Positions 37,201 through 55,900 of a DNA stretch of 64,000 nucleotides are shown here, piece by piece. The DNA is from Sphagnum compactum (lineage: Eukaryota). The notes beneath the pieces were generated by a model. That model was not told the origin of the DNA. It saw only the letters and a list, made by a program, of their open reading frames with translations, and did no database searches. A program made the position numbers and the translations under genes. Position 1 is the first letter of the stretch. Each line of letters starts with the position of its first letter. Location: the NCBI GenBank assembly GCA_965153455.1, contig OZ234493.1, positions 23,302,213 to 23,366,212 of the forward strand, in the 5' to 3' direction.

Positions 37201-40200
37201 TGTTTCTGAACTTGGGTTGTTACCTTTGGGTTTGCAGGTCAGGAAAGGAGACTCCATTGCTGAGTTCTTACGAGCAGTGCAGCATCAATTGGCAGCTGAG
37301 TTTCGAGAAATCCGTACAGCTTCAGTTGAAAACTTGCTGTATGTCAAGGAAGATTTGATCATTCCCCATGTAAGTAGTAGCAGAGATATCTACTTGCTGC
37401 ACCTTTAATTTCTTCCCTTTCTGTTACAGTTCTGTGCTTGATTTTGCATCCATAATCATTGTGGATATTGTATGGCTGAGTTCCTTTTTCATTCTTGTTC
37501 AGAACTCTGAGCACTTCCCTTAACCATGGGCAGTGGGTTGGACATGAACTGACAAATGTTGCTTTTGAAATGTTGGATGTGTAGCAACACTCCTTTTATG
37601 AGCTTATCATTAACAAGGCAAGAGGTAAAAGTGGGCCGGTAAGTCAAGTTTGGATTGTAAGTCCTCTGGATAGTTTTTGCTAAGTAGTTTTCAGGCAGAA
37701 ACTTTTGGCTATCTGGAATGACATTCAATGTTCGTGTTGCCTAGTCAGCTGCAAGGTGATACCTTATTCAAGTCCATTTGAGTTTACCAGATTGATTAAA
37801 GCATTGAACTCTTCTTGAATCCTGAGGTATTGCATGTTTGCAGCTCTTTCACTTTGATGTTCATGAGGACATTCGGACAATTGCAGATGCAACAATTGAG
37901 AAGGATGAGGTATTTTCCTGTTTCCTTCGGTTTTGGAGTATGGACAATGTAGGGTAGAAATTGCCAATCTCATCCTTATTGTGCCATGCAAGAGACTGGA
38001 GCAAACAGCTTCAACTTCCAGATGAATGCATTTGGAGACATCTCAATCAACTTCTAGTTGAGCTGTAAAGGAACATTGACATTGTAAATTAACCTCTTTT
38101 TCTGTTGAACAGTCACATGCTGGGAAAGTTGTGGAGCGGCATTGGTATGAGAAGAACAAACACATTTTTCCAGCCTCAAGATGGGAGGTAATTTCTTAAA
38201 TCCAAAATTTTTAGCCCTAGGTTGAAAAGTTTTGTGGGTAAACTGGTCTGGCTTTGGTACTATTGTATCATAGTGGCTTGCAGTGCATGTTAGAGCTCAA
38301 GGAAAAATAGGAGTCTTCTGGCCTTTGATGCCAGTTTCATTGCCATTTCTTTCGAGTTGTAGTGATTCTTTCACCCAAACATGTAAACTTTTGAGCTTAA
38401 TCAAAGAAAGGTCAAAAATTCTGTGAGACTACAAAATACCTTAAGCTAACCGAAGACTGAAAGTGTCTCGCTTCTTAGATAGATTCAAGGCACACATCTA
38501 TGGTGTCTAGAGGATTCCATCTGATTATCACTTTACACCCTTAAGGTGGCCCCCTTGTGGTTTTGTTGTTCCATTTGATCATATATTTATTTCTATAGGA
38601 TTGAACTTTTTGTAGAGGCACAAAGTTGAGAAGAGCTTTATTGCCTCACTTAGTCTATTGAAGAAGCTACTGAGAAAGGTCTCAAGAAGTTTGTCAATAT
38701 ACATGAAGAACTTCTAGGAGTTCAAGGGATTTTGAGTGAATGGAAAGCCAAAGTTCTTTTGTTTGTGCTGAAGAGGACTCATTCTTTCTCTGTGGTTCAA
38801 TCCTCTTCTAAGTCATCTTTGTCAACTCCTTCAGGGGATTTGGATCACCCAGTGTTCCTTAGTTATTACTTTCATGGATAAATGTAGTAATAATTTTGTG
38901 TTTGTTTGTAAAAAGTTTTATGTTTCTTCAGTTTTCTTTGAGCTTAATTCCCTGGTTGGTATATATGTGGGCTCCAATCTTGCCCAGTCTGAAATCCTGA
39001 AATCTTATCTTTTCTATTAATAAGGCTTAGTGGTAAAAACTGTGGCCCTCATCTTCCGTTTCTTTGTGCTGTTTGGAAGTTTCATAAAAATCTTATAAAA
39101 CCTAGATCTATTTGTGCAGCCAGCTCTACTTCTCTTACTGAAGTTTCTAACTGGACAAGTTCTTTCTACAAAGCTGTTTACCCTACAGTCAATGACCTCT
39201 GGGTGTCAAAACTCAGAAAGGCAGATGTTCCTTCTGTTAGTAGTTGGATTCTCAATGACTCTACAGGAGTAGTGGATGTAATAAAACTTAATCTTTCAAG
39301 ATTGGAAGTTGATAAAACTTCTCCACTCCTGTTTCAGTCTTTTGATTTCTTGATTCTATAGACTAAAATTGACCTAATGGATCTAAAAGCTTGTATGAAA
39401 GTTCTGATCACTAAAGTGATCATTGGATGTAGAAGATCATTGTTTTAAGTTTTTGTTGGTTTAAAGATCTGCTTTGAACTTTAGGTTTTTGTGGCTGAAA
39501 AATAAAGAAGAGATAAATTTGTTTGAAAATCTTCATAACTTTAAAGTTGTGGAGGCTTCAGATTTGATCTCTTGGTTGGATTTCTTGCTAGATAATTTGT
39601 TTCTTTGTTTTGGTCATTGTGCTTATAGACAATGTATAGGTATCCCCATGGGTACTAAGTGTGCAGTCTATTTGGCTAATTTCTATTTCTTTTCCTATGA
39701 GTTTGATTTCCTAAAGCATCTCTTGAAGAATAACACATGTCCTGTTGTACTTCTTAGTTTGTCCCTTGTTTGTAGGTTTGTGGATGATCTTTTTGTTCCT
39801 GATTTTCCGGACTTTGAGAATATTATGTACCTAGACCAAGACTGGTTCAGTTGCAGCATATACCCAACAACATCTTGTGAGTTGAATTGTACCTCTAAAG
39901 GCTTCTCTTGTAACTTCTTGGATCTAGCTGTGAAACAAAGTCCTTGAGGCATATCCTGTGATATCTTTGACAAACATTCTCAACCAGAGTATGCAGGTAT
40001 TGAAATGATTCATATGCCTCATGTTTTCATTCCAATATCTCACTTACTGCTAAGTTGGGAGTTATCAATAGTCAATTTTACAGGTTTCTGAGGCTTTGTG
40101 GTTGTAAAGAGTTCTTTGTCTCTCAGATGATCAGTCTTATTGTCCTTCTGAAAAATAAAGGCTACCCTCTAACAATTCTATTAAAGAGCACTAGAGGGTT

Positions 40201-41090
40201 GCTCAATAAGGAAAACATCCTTTTTGGAATTGGAGTATTCCGAATGATTCTGTATAAAGTCTTGTAAGTGGGGAGCTTCTTGTAAGCCCACTTGGTCTTT
40301 GTTCTTCTCTGCTGTCCTTTTCTGTGTGTTTTGTCTATCCTGTTGTGTTTTCCTGTTTTTTGTTACCTCCTTGTGTTGTTTGTTGCTAGCCAGTAGTGTG
40401 GCGGAGTCTTCATGTTGCTTCCAGATTTGCAGCAGAAACTAGGTATGCAGGTTACTGTCTTCACTGGCCTTTACCCACTGTAGGGAGCTGATGAAGTCAG
40501 TGCGAAAGTTGTGATAGAGAAGTCACTATCATACACGCTACTGTTGATGGTACCTGAACAGGTGTGAGACTGTTGTTCATACTGCTTTTGTTTTTTTTTG
40601 TTTTTTGTTTCTTGGTCCTTTGTTTTCTGTTTTGTCTTTCCTTCTTTGGAAAATTCTGTGGCTGGTTGAAGAAGTGTTAACCTTGCTTTGCTGTTTCTTA
40701 ATTGTGAGAATGGGGATTTCTTGATTCTTGGTTGAAGAAGTGTTAACCCTGCTTTGCCTTTTCTTTATCGTGAGAACGGAGATTTTACAATTCTTATGAG
40801 GGATATTCCATCTTATGACCAATATGCACTCAGTGCTTATCTACATTTGCTAAAAGTCCAGGAACTTTGATGGCACTGACACGATGAATGTACATACATC
40901 TTCATGGTGATGGCAGAGTCTCTCTCGAAATCTATTTGTCATCTCCAGTATGAATGCAGCTTGGTTAGAAACCAGCTGGTCCTTTTTTGTTCCAAAAAAC
41001 AACAGTGCATAGTAACATTTTCACTGAATCATGTGACAGATATATGATCCAACAAAACGGTGGGAGCGGTATACAATTCATGGAGACTGA
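34259..41090 (+). CDS. XCT: XAP5 CIRCADIAN TIMEKEEPER (FAM50/XAP5 family), 12 exons
   Basis: Exons 34259-34423, 34940-35005, 35299-35363, 35816-35931, 36081-36168, 36502-36578, 37002-37063, 37238-37369, 37585-37638, 37844-37909, 38113-38187 and 41040-41090. Translation runs [15 protein letters not shown]...[13 protein letters not shown]...[17 protein letters not shown]...[13 protein letters not shown]...[10 protein letters not shown]...[16 protein letters not shown]...[41 protein letters not shown]. Confidence 0.97.
38600..40620 (+). mobile_element. Penelope-like retroelement (Naiad/Chlamys-type RT, degenerate) with 3' repeat, in the last XCT intron
   Basis: RT motifs [17 protein letters not shown] and RFVDDLF, then NFLDL and thumb [23 protein letters not shown]...NKGYP. 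The ORF ends at 40267 with no C-terminal GIY-YIG. Upstream remnants [13 protein letters not shown] and [14 protein letters not shown]. Confidence 0.85.
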
Positions 41091-41544
41091 TATGCCAACT
41101 TGTGGTAATTACATGTGTGAGCCCTGATTGGCTGTGACTGTAATTGCTGATAATTGTATAGCAAGTTGGTAGCTTGATGATAGATCTTATTTTATGGAAA
41201 TGGGATTCTCCTGTCTTACAGATTTTCTTTAGTATTGTGTGCATGAGTGGTTTGTTGATGAGTTTTCATGCCTTCACAAGCCATGCTTTTCAGCCTAGTT
41301 AGCACATCAATCTGTGTCTGAGTCTCCCACTCTTCTGTTCTGACTGAATTTTCAGTGAACATACATATTGGCATAGGAGGGGGAAGGTTCTTACACCTAC
41401 TACTCGATCTTGCACCTATAACCCTGCAACTCTTTGAGTGGGTGTGATATCTCTCCTCTTTTCTTTGACGTCAAAGAAAGACCTCCAGATAAGGACTTTC
41501 AGTTCTGAGAAGAAGGAACAACACAGAAGGGATGAACTTGAACC

Positions 41545-41780
41545 ACAAAACAATAAAAACAAGCAGCATGAACAAAAGTGATAGTCTCTCACCTGTTGAG
41601 GGACCATCAACAGTAACATGTATGATAGTGTTCAAACTAAAACTTCTCACTGATTTCATCAGCTCACTACAGTGGGTACAGGCTACAGGCCAATGTAATC
41701 ACTAACCTGTCATTGAGTTTCTGGTGTGATTCCAAAAGCAATGGGAAGACTAAGCCATCACACTGTCTAGCAACTAATGA
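41545..41780 (-). mobile_element. Solo copy of the Penelope-like element 3' repeat (pLTR-like), inverted relative to 40380-40600
   Basis: The reverse complement aligns to 40382-40600: gttgctag.cagt...cagaaact...tacccactgtag.gagctgatgaa.tcagtg...cactatcataca...ctgttgatggt.cct.aacaggtg.gagact. Confidence 0.8.
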
Positions 41781-42734
41781 CATGATAACATAGAAGGGGA
41801 AAAAAATAGAGAGAAGTAGACAGGAAAAAACACAAAAAAACCTTACAAAGTAAGAAGAAATAAACTGTTGGCATTAGTGAACCACATAATGCAAGACTCT
41901 GAGCATCTCTGAAACACTTTGGGAGTAAGGGAACTCCACTACTTGTACAGCTCAGGAATTTCTCGCTAAAGTCCCCAATCTAGAGGTAACTAAGAAAACC
42001 CAAATCTTCATACAAGGTATGCTAGAACTTCTCTCCACTTACATTTTTGCTAGAACTTCTCTCCACTTACAATTTATGTCAACCCAAACAGAATCAACAT
42101 CTGTCACGAAAGCAGCTGTGCCATTACTCTTGCTGGTTGAACAAAACCTGGAAAAGGAGGAGACCAAAACTAACCAAGAAGAAAGACTGCGCAAATTGAG
42201 AGAAAAAAGCTAACCAATCAAAAAAGGAGAAGAAAATATAGAGGAAACAAGACGGAGAAGATGATCTTTTGAGGACCTACTCTGATACAAACTCACATGA
42301 CCTTCCAGTATGTAGGCAGGTGGCTGAGCATTTGAATGATATGAAAGCAAGTAAATGAAGCATGAACCTGGAAACTGTTTGGGTGAAGCATTTCAAAAGT
42401 TTGTCATCCAGTAAATGCAAGCTGTCATACAATCTAAAACTATGTAGACCTTCAACACATGTTTCAACAATCAGGATGCACTGTTAACCCCAAGATGTTT
42501 TTTCTTGAAGACATAAACCCACCATCCATATTCATGATCTGGATGTCTGATAATCAACAGTATATCAAATGCCATGTACAAAATTGCCACTACCACACCC
42601 ATCAGCAAAGGAGTAAAACTGGAAACTGTAATTTGGAAGTTTGGCAAGCTGGGGAAATGATTTAATTGTATTTCCCAGAACAGGGCACACCATAAGATAG
42701 AAAAAAAGCTCCAGAGTAATTAGGAGAACATAGA

Positions 42735-49024
<6,290 letters not shown>

Positions 49025-49609
49025 ACTTCCCTTTGTTTCCACTGCAGCTAGTAGCTAGCAGCAGTAATGCTCAGAAACAACTTGTTGATGGCTGAAAGCG
49101 GAGAAGCTGAGCAGCCGCAACAACAACGACGACAACGACAACGGCCCAAGCAGCATTTTGACGATGTGATGATACTCATGAGTCTTCGTCATGAGTGAGG
49201 TATGGTTATTTAACTAGCTCCGTCTGAATCAAACAAGAAGGGGTTTGACTACCGCGTGGGGAACATGAACAACCTCCACGTGTGTGGTGTTGTGTGACGA
49301 ACAGATGCGGAATATTCCACCATTGCCTCTTTCGTGGTGGGGACAAATGGAAGACTTGAAGAAGAAGAAGAAGAAGACGATGGAAGACCAAGTCCAACTG
49401 CAACAAAAATGGCATTCTTCATCTTCTACTTGTTAACTGTTGCGTATGTATATATATGTATGTATGTTTCAATTACCGACAGTAGCAGTCGTAGTTGAAG
49501 AGACAAAAGGCTCGCTTGTTCTTGTTCGTTTTCTTCTTCCTTCTTCTCTCCAGCCCTTTTCTCTTTCTATCCTTCTGCTTTCGCTTTGCCCTTCCAAAGA
49601 GTTTTGAAT

Positions 49610-50900
49610 ACAGATGTTCTCAAGCCTTCTTTTCATTTTGTTTTACGAAGTTTTTGATTAGATTCTAGCTTAAGCCTCCTTCATTTTGTTTACAAACTTT
49701 TTGATTAGATTGTTAATTAAAGCCTTCTTCATTTTGTTGTTTACAAAAGTTTTTAGTTACACTCTTGAACCTTCTTCGTGTTGTTTACAAAGTTTTTCAT
49801 TAGACTGCTAAGCGTTCTAAAGCCTTCTCCATTAATAAGGTCACAATTTTTTTGTTAGAGTCTTAAACCTTCTTCGTGTTGATTACAAAGTTTTTTTTAT
49901 TAGACTGTTAAGCGTTCTTAAGCCTTCTCCATTAAGGTCACAATTTTTTTTGTTAGATTCTAAAGCATTCTTAGTGTTGTTTACAAAGTCTTTTATTAGA
50001 TTGTTAAGCGTTCTTACGCCTTCTCCATTAATAAGGTCACAATTTTTTTGTTAGATTCTTAAACCTTCTTCGTGTTGTTTACAAAGTTTTTTTTATTAGA
50101 TTGTTAAGCGTTCTTAAGCCTTCTCCATTAAGGTCACAATTTTTTTGTTAGAATCTTAAGCCTTCTTCATTTTATTTGTAAAGTTTTTTATTAGATTCCG
50201 AAGCCTAATTCCTCATTTTTTGGTTACAAAGTTTTTTATTAGATTCTCAACTTGCGCTCATCATTTTTGTTTACAAAGTTGTTGATTAGATTAATTCTCA
50301 AGCTTTCATGAACTCATGGTTTACAAAGTTTTGATGAAATTTCTCAAGTCTTCTTCATTTCGTCGTCTAGGGGACGATGTAGATGGAATTTGGTCCCACA
50401 TTTTGAGGAATGTTTCACCAGGTTTTAGTTTGTTTAGGTTCTCAAGCGTTCTTCATCCCTATTTACAAAGTTGTCTATTAGAATTAATCCAGTCTCATTC
50501 ATTTCTTCTTGTTTACATAGTTTTTTTTATTACATTTCTTTAGTCTCTTTGGTTTTTCATTACATTTCTCAGGCCTCCTCCTTTTATTTTGTGTCCCAAA
50601 AAATTTATTGGCTTTTTAGAAGCCTCCTTTCATTTGTGGACAAAGATGTTAAGTAGATTCTCAAGTGTCCTTCATTTGTTACAAAGTTTTAGATTAGATA
50701 CTCAATCCTTCTCCATTTTCGTTTATAAAAAGTTTTGATCAGATTTCTCAAGCCTTTTGATTTTCTTTAGAAAAGAGTTTTTGAATTTTCTCAAACGTCC
50801 TTCATTACCTTGACAAAAGTTTCTATTAGATTTTCAGTCCCTTTCATTTTATTAAAGAGTTTTAAGAAAAAAAAGATTCCCAAGCCTCCATTTTGCTATG
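49610..50900. repeat. Degenerate ~40-50 bp satellite-like array with a higher-order core, upstream of the kinase
   Basis: Monomer 'aagccttcttcattttgtttacaaagtttttattagattct'. 'aaggtcacaattt' occurs at 49837, 49934, 50033 and 50130. Confidence 0.85.
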
Positions 50901-52871
50901 AAGTTATGAGTAAAAAACTCTAGCTTTTGTTTTCGTACCAACGTTTTCTATTCAATTTTCAAAGGACAAACAACAAGGGAAGGACTTAGAGATTGATAAA
51001 AACAAAAAAATGGATTCCCCTATTTTGTGAAATACATCCCATTGGGCATGTCATTATAAAAACAAAAAGTTTCCAATGTTATATGAAGGATTGCATGTTA
51101 TTACATGTTTAAAAAATTCATGTTGCCACAAATACCACAACAACAATGTCAAAGGCATCAAATTACATGTAAGGGCACTCCCACACTTTGAAGGCATTAT
51201 TGAAAATTTGAATTTTTGTATTTTTTGAAAAAATCCAATGATTCTTGGCATGTATCACAATATTTTTTTTGGAATCCTACATGAAGTCTATTTTTGGAAA
51301 TGTTTGTCTCTAGCAAATGCTAAATGACATAAAGTTACATTATGGGAAGGTAATATGTACATTTTTATTAATGTCACAAGATGTCTTTTTTTTTATGTTG
51401 GCATGCAACAATCCACACTAAAATTATAATAATGTAATATATATTTGTTCTATTGTAGTCTCTTAAATTTTGATTTTTTTGGGGGTATTTGAATTGTGAA
51501 GGCACCCAAGTTAGAAATTTGAAGAATTGGGTTCAACACAAACACTCTAGAACTAGCCAATTTTATTTTTTTAATTTCAAAACCAGGACCAAAGGTTCTT
51601 TCAAAAAAATAAAAATCAAACAACATGAACCTATATAGGTCGAAGTGGGTAAATTTATTACTTAACCTACAATTAATTTTGTTAACATTTGGAATTTTAT
51701 TTTAAAAACTTTTGAACCACCCTTGAAACTAAAATTATGTGTAATGCACCCTACTTATGTTATGTGATTAAATAGTTGCAAATTGTAGTTTTTTGGGATC
51801 ATTTTTTATCTCTCATTAGATATCACAAAAAGACACCCATTCTCGTGAAGTTAACACATGGAGCCTTTTAACAACAAAGAAAATACAACAAAGTAATGAA
51901 TGGTCAATCTTAAATGGATTAAAATACGAATTACGCTAGTTCAATTAAATTTGAACATGCATTTTTTAATCTACCAATGTGTTTGTAAATTTTTTAACAA
52001 TGATATACATTTTCGTAAAATACATGTTGATTTGTAGATGAGATGATATTTATATTCATAAATTATTGGTTGATGTATCCGAAGAAAAATTTAATATTGC
52101 TAATTCTTTTAATAGTTAGAACATGAACAACATCTTGATTAAATGTCCCTTGACAACAATGAATACAAATATAATGTTTTATATCTATTTATTTCATTTT
52201 TTGTTTTCCATCTAGATTCCATTCCAAACTATTTTGGTTGGCAAACATGTTTTTATGTTGGATTCAAATTTAAATGTGGCAGATGTGGAATTTGAATCAC
52301 TAATATTCATTGCCAAAAAAGAAATTAAAAAAATAGTGCTCCAATTGGCAATGCATTTGTAAATCTAGTCTCATTGTCATATGTTGTAATAATGATCCAC
52401 TAATTGGTCCACATCACCTTCAAGATGATTAGTTGTTCATATATGTGATCAATGGGAGTTTAGGGCATACATTTGGATGAAAATAATCAAGGAATCATAG
52501 TTAATTGGACATTAGCATACACCATTAATTGAAATCGAGTTACAATTACATCATAACTAGAGAGCTAATAAAAGATGACATGGCAATTAAAAAATGTGTG
52601 TGAGATTATTCCATCATGGTTGCATGTGACAAGCCACTCCATTTGTTGCAAATTGACTAGTTGTACAAAAGATAATTTTTTTCTAATGTGAGACAATCTT
52701 CCACATTGTTATAATAATTATGTTATTCAAGGAATGTGAAATCATGTGTATTTATAATATAATTTTTCCCTAAAAATTCTTGACAAACAATAAATTTATG
52801 GTTTCATTAAGAGAGAGGATGAAATACATTCATTCATTGTTTGATGGATGCACACATTGTCTTTGAACACC

Positions 52872-52872
<1 letters not shown>

Positions 52873-52902
<30 letters not shown>
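52873..52902. repeat. C30 homopolymer
   Basis: 30 consecutive C. Confidence 0.9.
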
Positions 52903-52905
<3 letters not shown>

Positions 52906-55900
52906 TCATTCATTCGGTGTCCTCATTTATATTTTTTAATTACATGGTCATATATCAAATGTTACATATAAGCTCCAAGTTGTAGTGTTGGTAAACATGC
53001 TCAACATGGTTAGGATGATGGCATCATTAGGGTTGGAATAAATAATACAAAGAACAAATGAAAAGAGATGTGTCGGGGAAAAAGTAGGGCAAACACAACT
53101 ACCATATAGGTGGTGTTATTTGTTATGGGTTTCTTTGCCTACAAATTGATCATTTACTTGATTGGAAATACCCTAAGTTATAGGCAATAGATATAGTATA
53201 TATTTGGAATTATATCAAGAGTTGAATTATATATTAGTCTTCCACTTATCGTTTGTTTGTTTGCTTCAAAAAATAAATCACAACATGATTTGTGTAGTAA
53301 GAAGATAAAACCGGAACCATAATATTGTGAACGAAAAGCTCCAAAGCCCTTACATCCAATTTTCTCATACATCATTTTCCAGTGCACTTCAAAGTCTTGA
53401 ACTGGAAAGGATGGTTTAAGTTCCAGGAAATGCGGTGATTTTGAAAGACGAAAACGAGTTACTTACTAGAAAGCCGATGATGATGATGAAGAACCAAAAG
53501 GCAGTGATGAAGTACACTCCGTGCACCAGCAAAACACACATGCACATAGATATGCACCAAACACACGTGGTGGAAAAGGAACAAAGGTTGCACCAGCACA
53601 CACATGCACACACATATGCACCAAACACACGTGTTTGAAAAGGAAAAACAAAAAGTTGTGAAAGAGTTTTTTTTTTTTTGGGTGAATGATTGAACCACGA
53701 TTTGTTTGCCGTAGACTTTGAATAAACCAAACAAGCAGAGAAAAAAAATGTGTGATGTTTTTGCAGTGCAAGAAGCACTTGAACACAACAAATAGAGAGA
53801 CCAAAACTGAAGAAAACCATTGTTAAGTAAATGAATAAACAATAGAAGTTGTGTTGTTGTTGAAGATGTTTGAAGACAATAATTAATAATCAGAAAAATT
53901 AAAGCAGTTTTGTGAAATTCAAGAAGCACCCAAATTCAGTATTAACAAAAGATGAAAGCCAAAAAGCACAAAACAGCAATAGAACAAAATGTCTAGGATA
54001 TATATATATATACACCACCCTTCCAATTTCAATGGAAAACCCCAAAATTAAAGTGGGAAGCAAAATTTGAAAAACCTCAATTGTAGAGGAATGAACAAGG
54101 TGTTTTTTTTTGAGAAGGCTAAGGACATGAATCTTGGTAAAACTGACTTAGTAGGTCAAACCCAAGAAAGAAGCCAAAGTATGATCACCAATTAGAACTT
54201 TTTGAAAGAATGCATTATTAAAAACATTCTCTTAGTTCATGTTTCTTGATGTGAGGGAAAATGCATATAAGGGATCGACTCCAGCACTTGTATCTTGGCA
54301 TCACAAATTTTTCATAGGAAAATAAACCTGCATAATGGGCAGTGGGCATCTTCCATCAAGAGGGCCTCATCACAATAGTGGGTCATGGGTGTGGGCAAAA
54401 AAATATCCATTACATCCCCTTTGTGGGTGGCAAGCTCTCTCTCCACACTGCGGTAATATGGCTGGAAACAGGGTGCTCTGGAATGCTCTTTTGGTGAATG
54501 CACCCACTTGGGAAAATGCTCTTCCATAACTGGTACCACACAATTTATTTGCTACTATATCAAGCCTTGACAATACTATTGTCCCACAGATGGTGGCTTC
54601 ATCAAGGTTGGGCTTCTCTACTTGGGTCTTGACTATTATGATGGAAAAATAAATAAAACTACCCATTCAAAAGCACAATTTTTCCAAGTCTTCCACCAAC
54701 ATACATACATACATACATACATACATACATGGGTTTAAATCACATTCCAAAGTGTGCATTCTGATTCCAGTTAAAGGAGGATTTCTACTTCATGATGCTT
54801 GATGCTCTTTTGTACTTGGGCTTGCACGGAACAAAACAAATTTCTCAAAAAATATTTCTCTTGCCATGATGCTTGCACTTTCTTAAGTACTTGAATTGCA
54901 AAAGCCATAATTCTTACTTGTCATATGACAAACTCTTGCATGTACCCAAACACACAAATGCATATGGCTTAAATCTCACCAATAACCTCTCTAATTAGAG
55001 AACTAGAAACTCATGAAAATGAAATAAGCTATAAGTGGGGGAAACTTGCATCATTGGAACATAAGATCATACACGTGCAACATGTCTCAAGTTCAAGTTC
55101 TTGACTTTGGAACTTGAGTTTTGTGCTTGGACATCAATGTATATATGTTCATAGTTTTATGTTCTCTAAGTATCATATTTTGCATGTGAGTTTGGAGAAT
55201 GTTTTTTCACATCCTTATGATATAGGTTGTTTTGTTTGCCCTAGTTGTCATTTTATTAAAAGTGTTGAAGGATATTTGCATGCTACGATGTACACAATAT
55301 GTTTAAAAATTGAAACCACATATAATATGAAAAGTAGTAACACATAAAATTTTATTCATTTTGAATTATTTTGAAGATCACATATAAATGATTTGAACTT
55401 TAAATTAAATTAAGTCACAATAATCATGAATGTGAAATTGAGTCATAATTATGCATTTGCATAAATTTACATTAATAATTTAGTAAAGGTTTTCAAAATA
55501 TATATATTTAACAACAATTTTTTTTTAAATTTGAAAATTCAATTTTTTGGTCAAATGATTCTTTAAAAAATTAGCCCAAGTAAATTTTCAATGGAATAAC
55601 ATTTTCAACCTAAAAAAATCACAATTATTAGCAATATCATACCATAATGTATTGATGAACAATTTAAAAGCGTCTAATCTAAATTCCACATTCTTGAAAA
55701 AAATTAAAAACTTTTGGGGGAGATTTTTTTAATGGTTTTTTTTGTTATATGTAAAATTTCATGGACAAATTATTATTAAATGTGAAACTTTTTAGTCCTT
55801 TTGCTGGAATTGCAAAAATGTTTCAAGGTTTTGCAAATCAAAATAATATTTTTTTGGATTATTATATAATTCATATGTGCATTGATTTCACAATAATATG

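Noticed and set aside
53416-54666. Overlapping ORFs, including a CPLC motif
   Set aside because: Low-complexity or short, with no supporting domain context.
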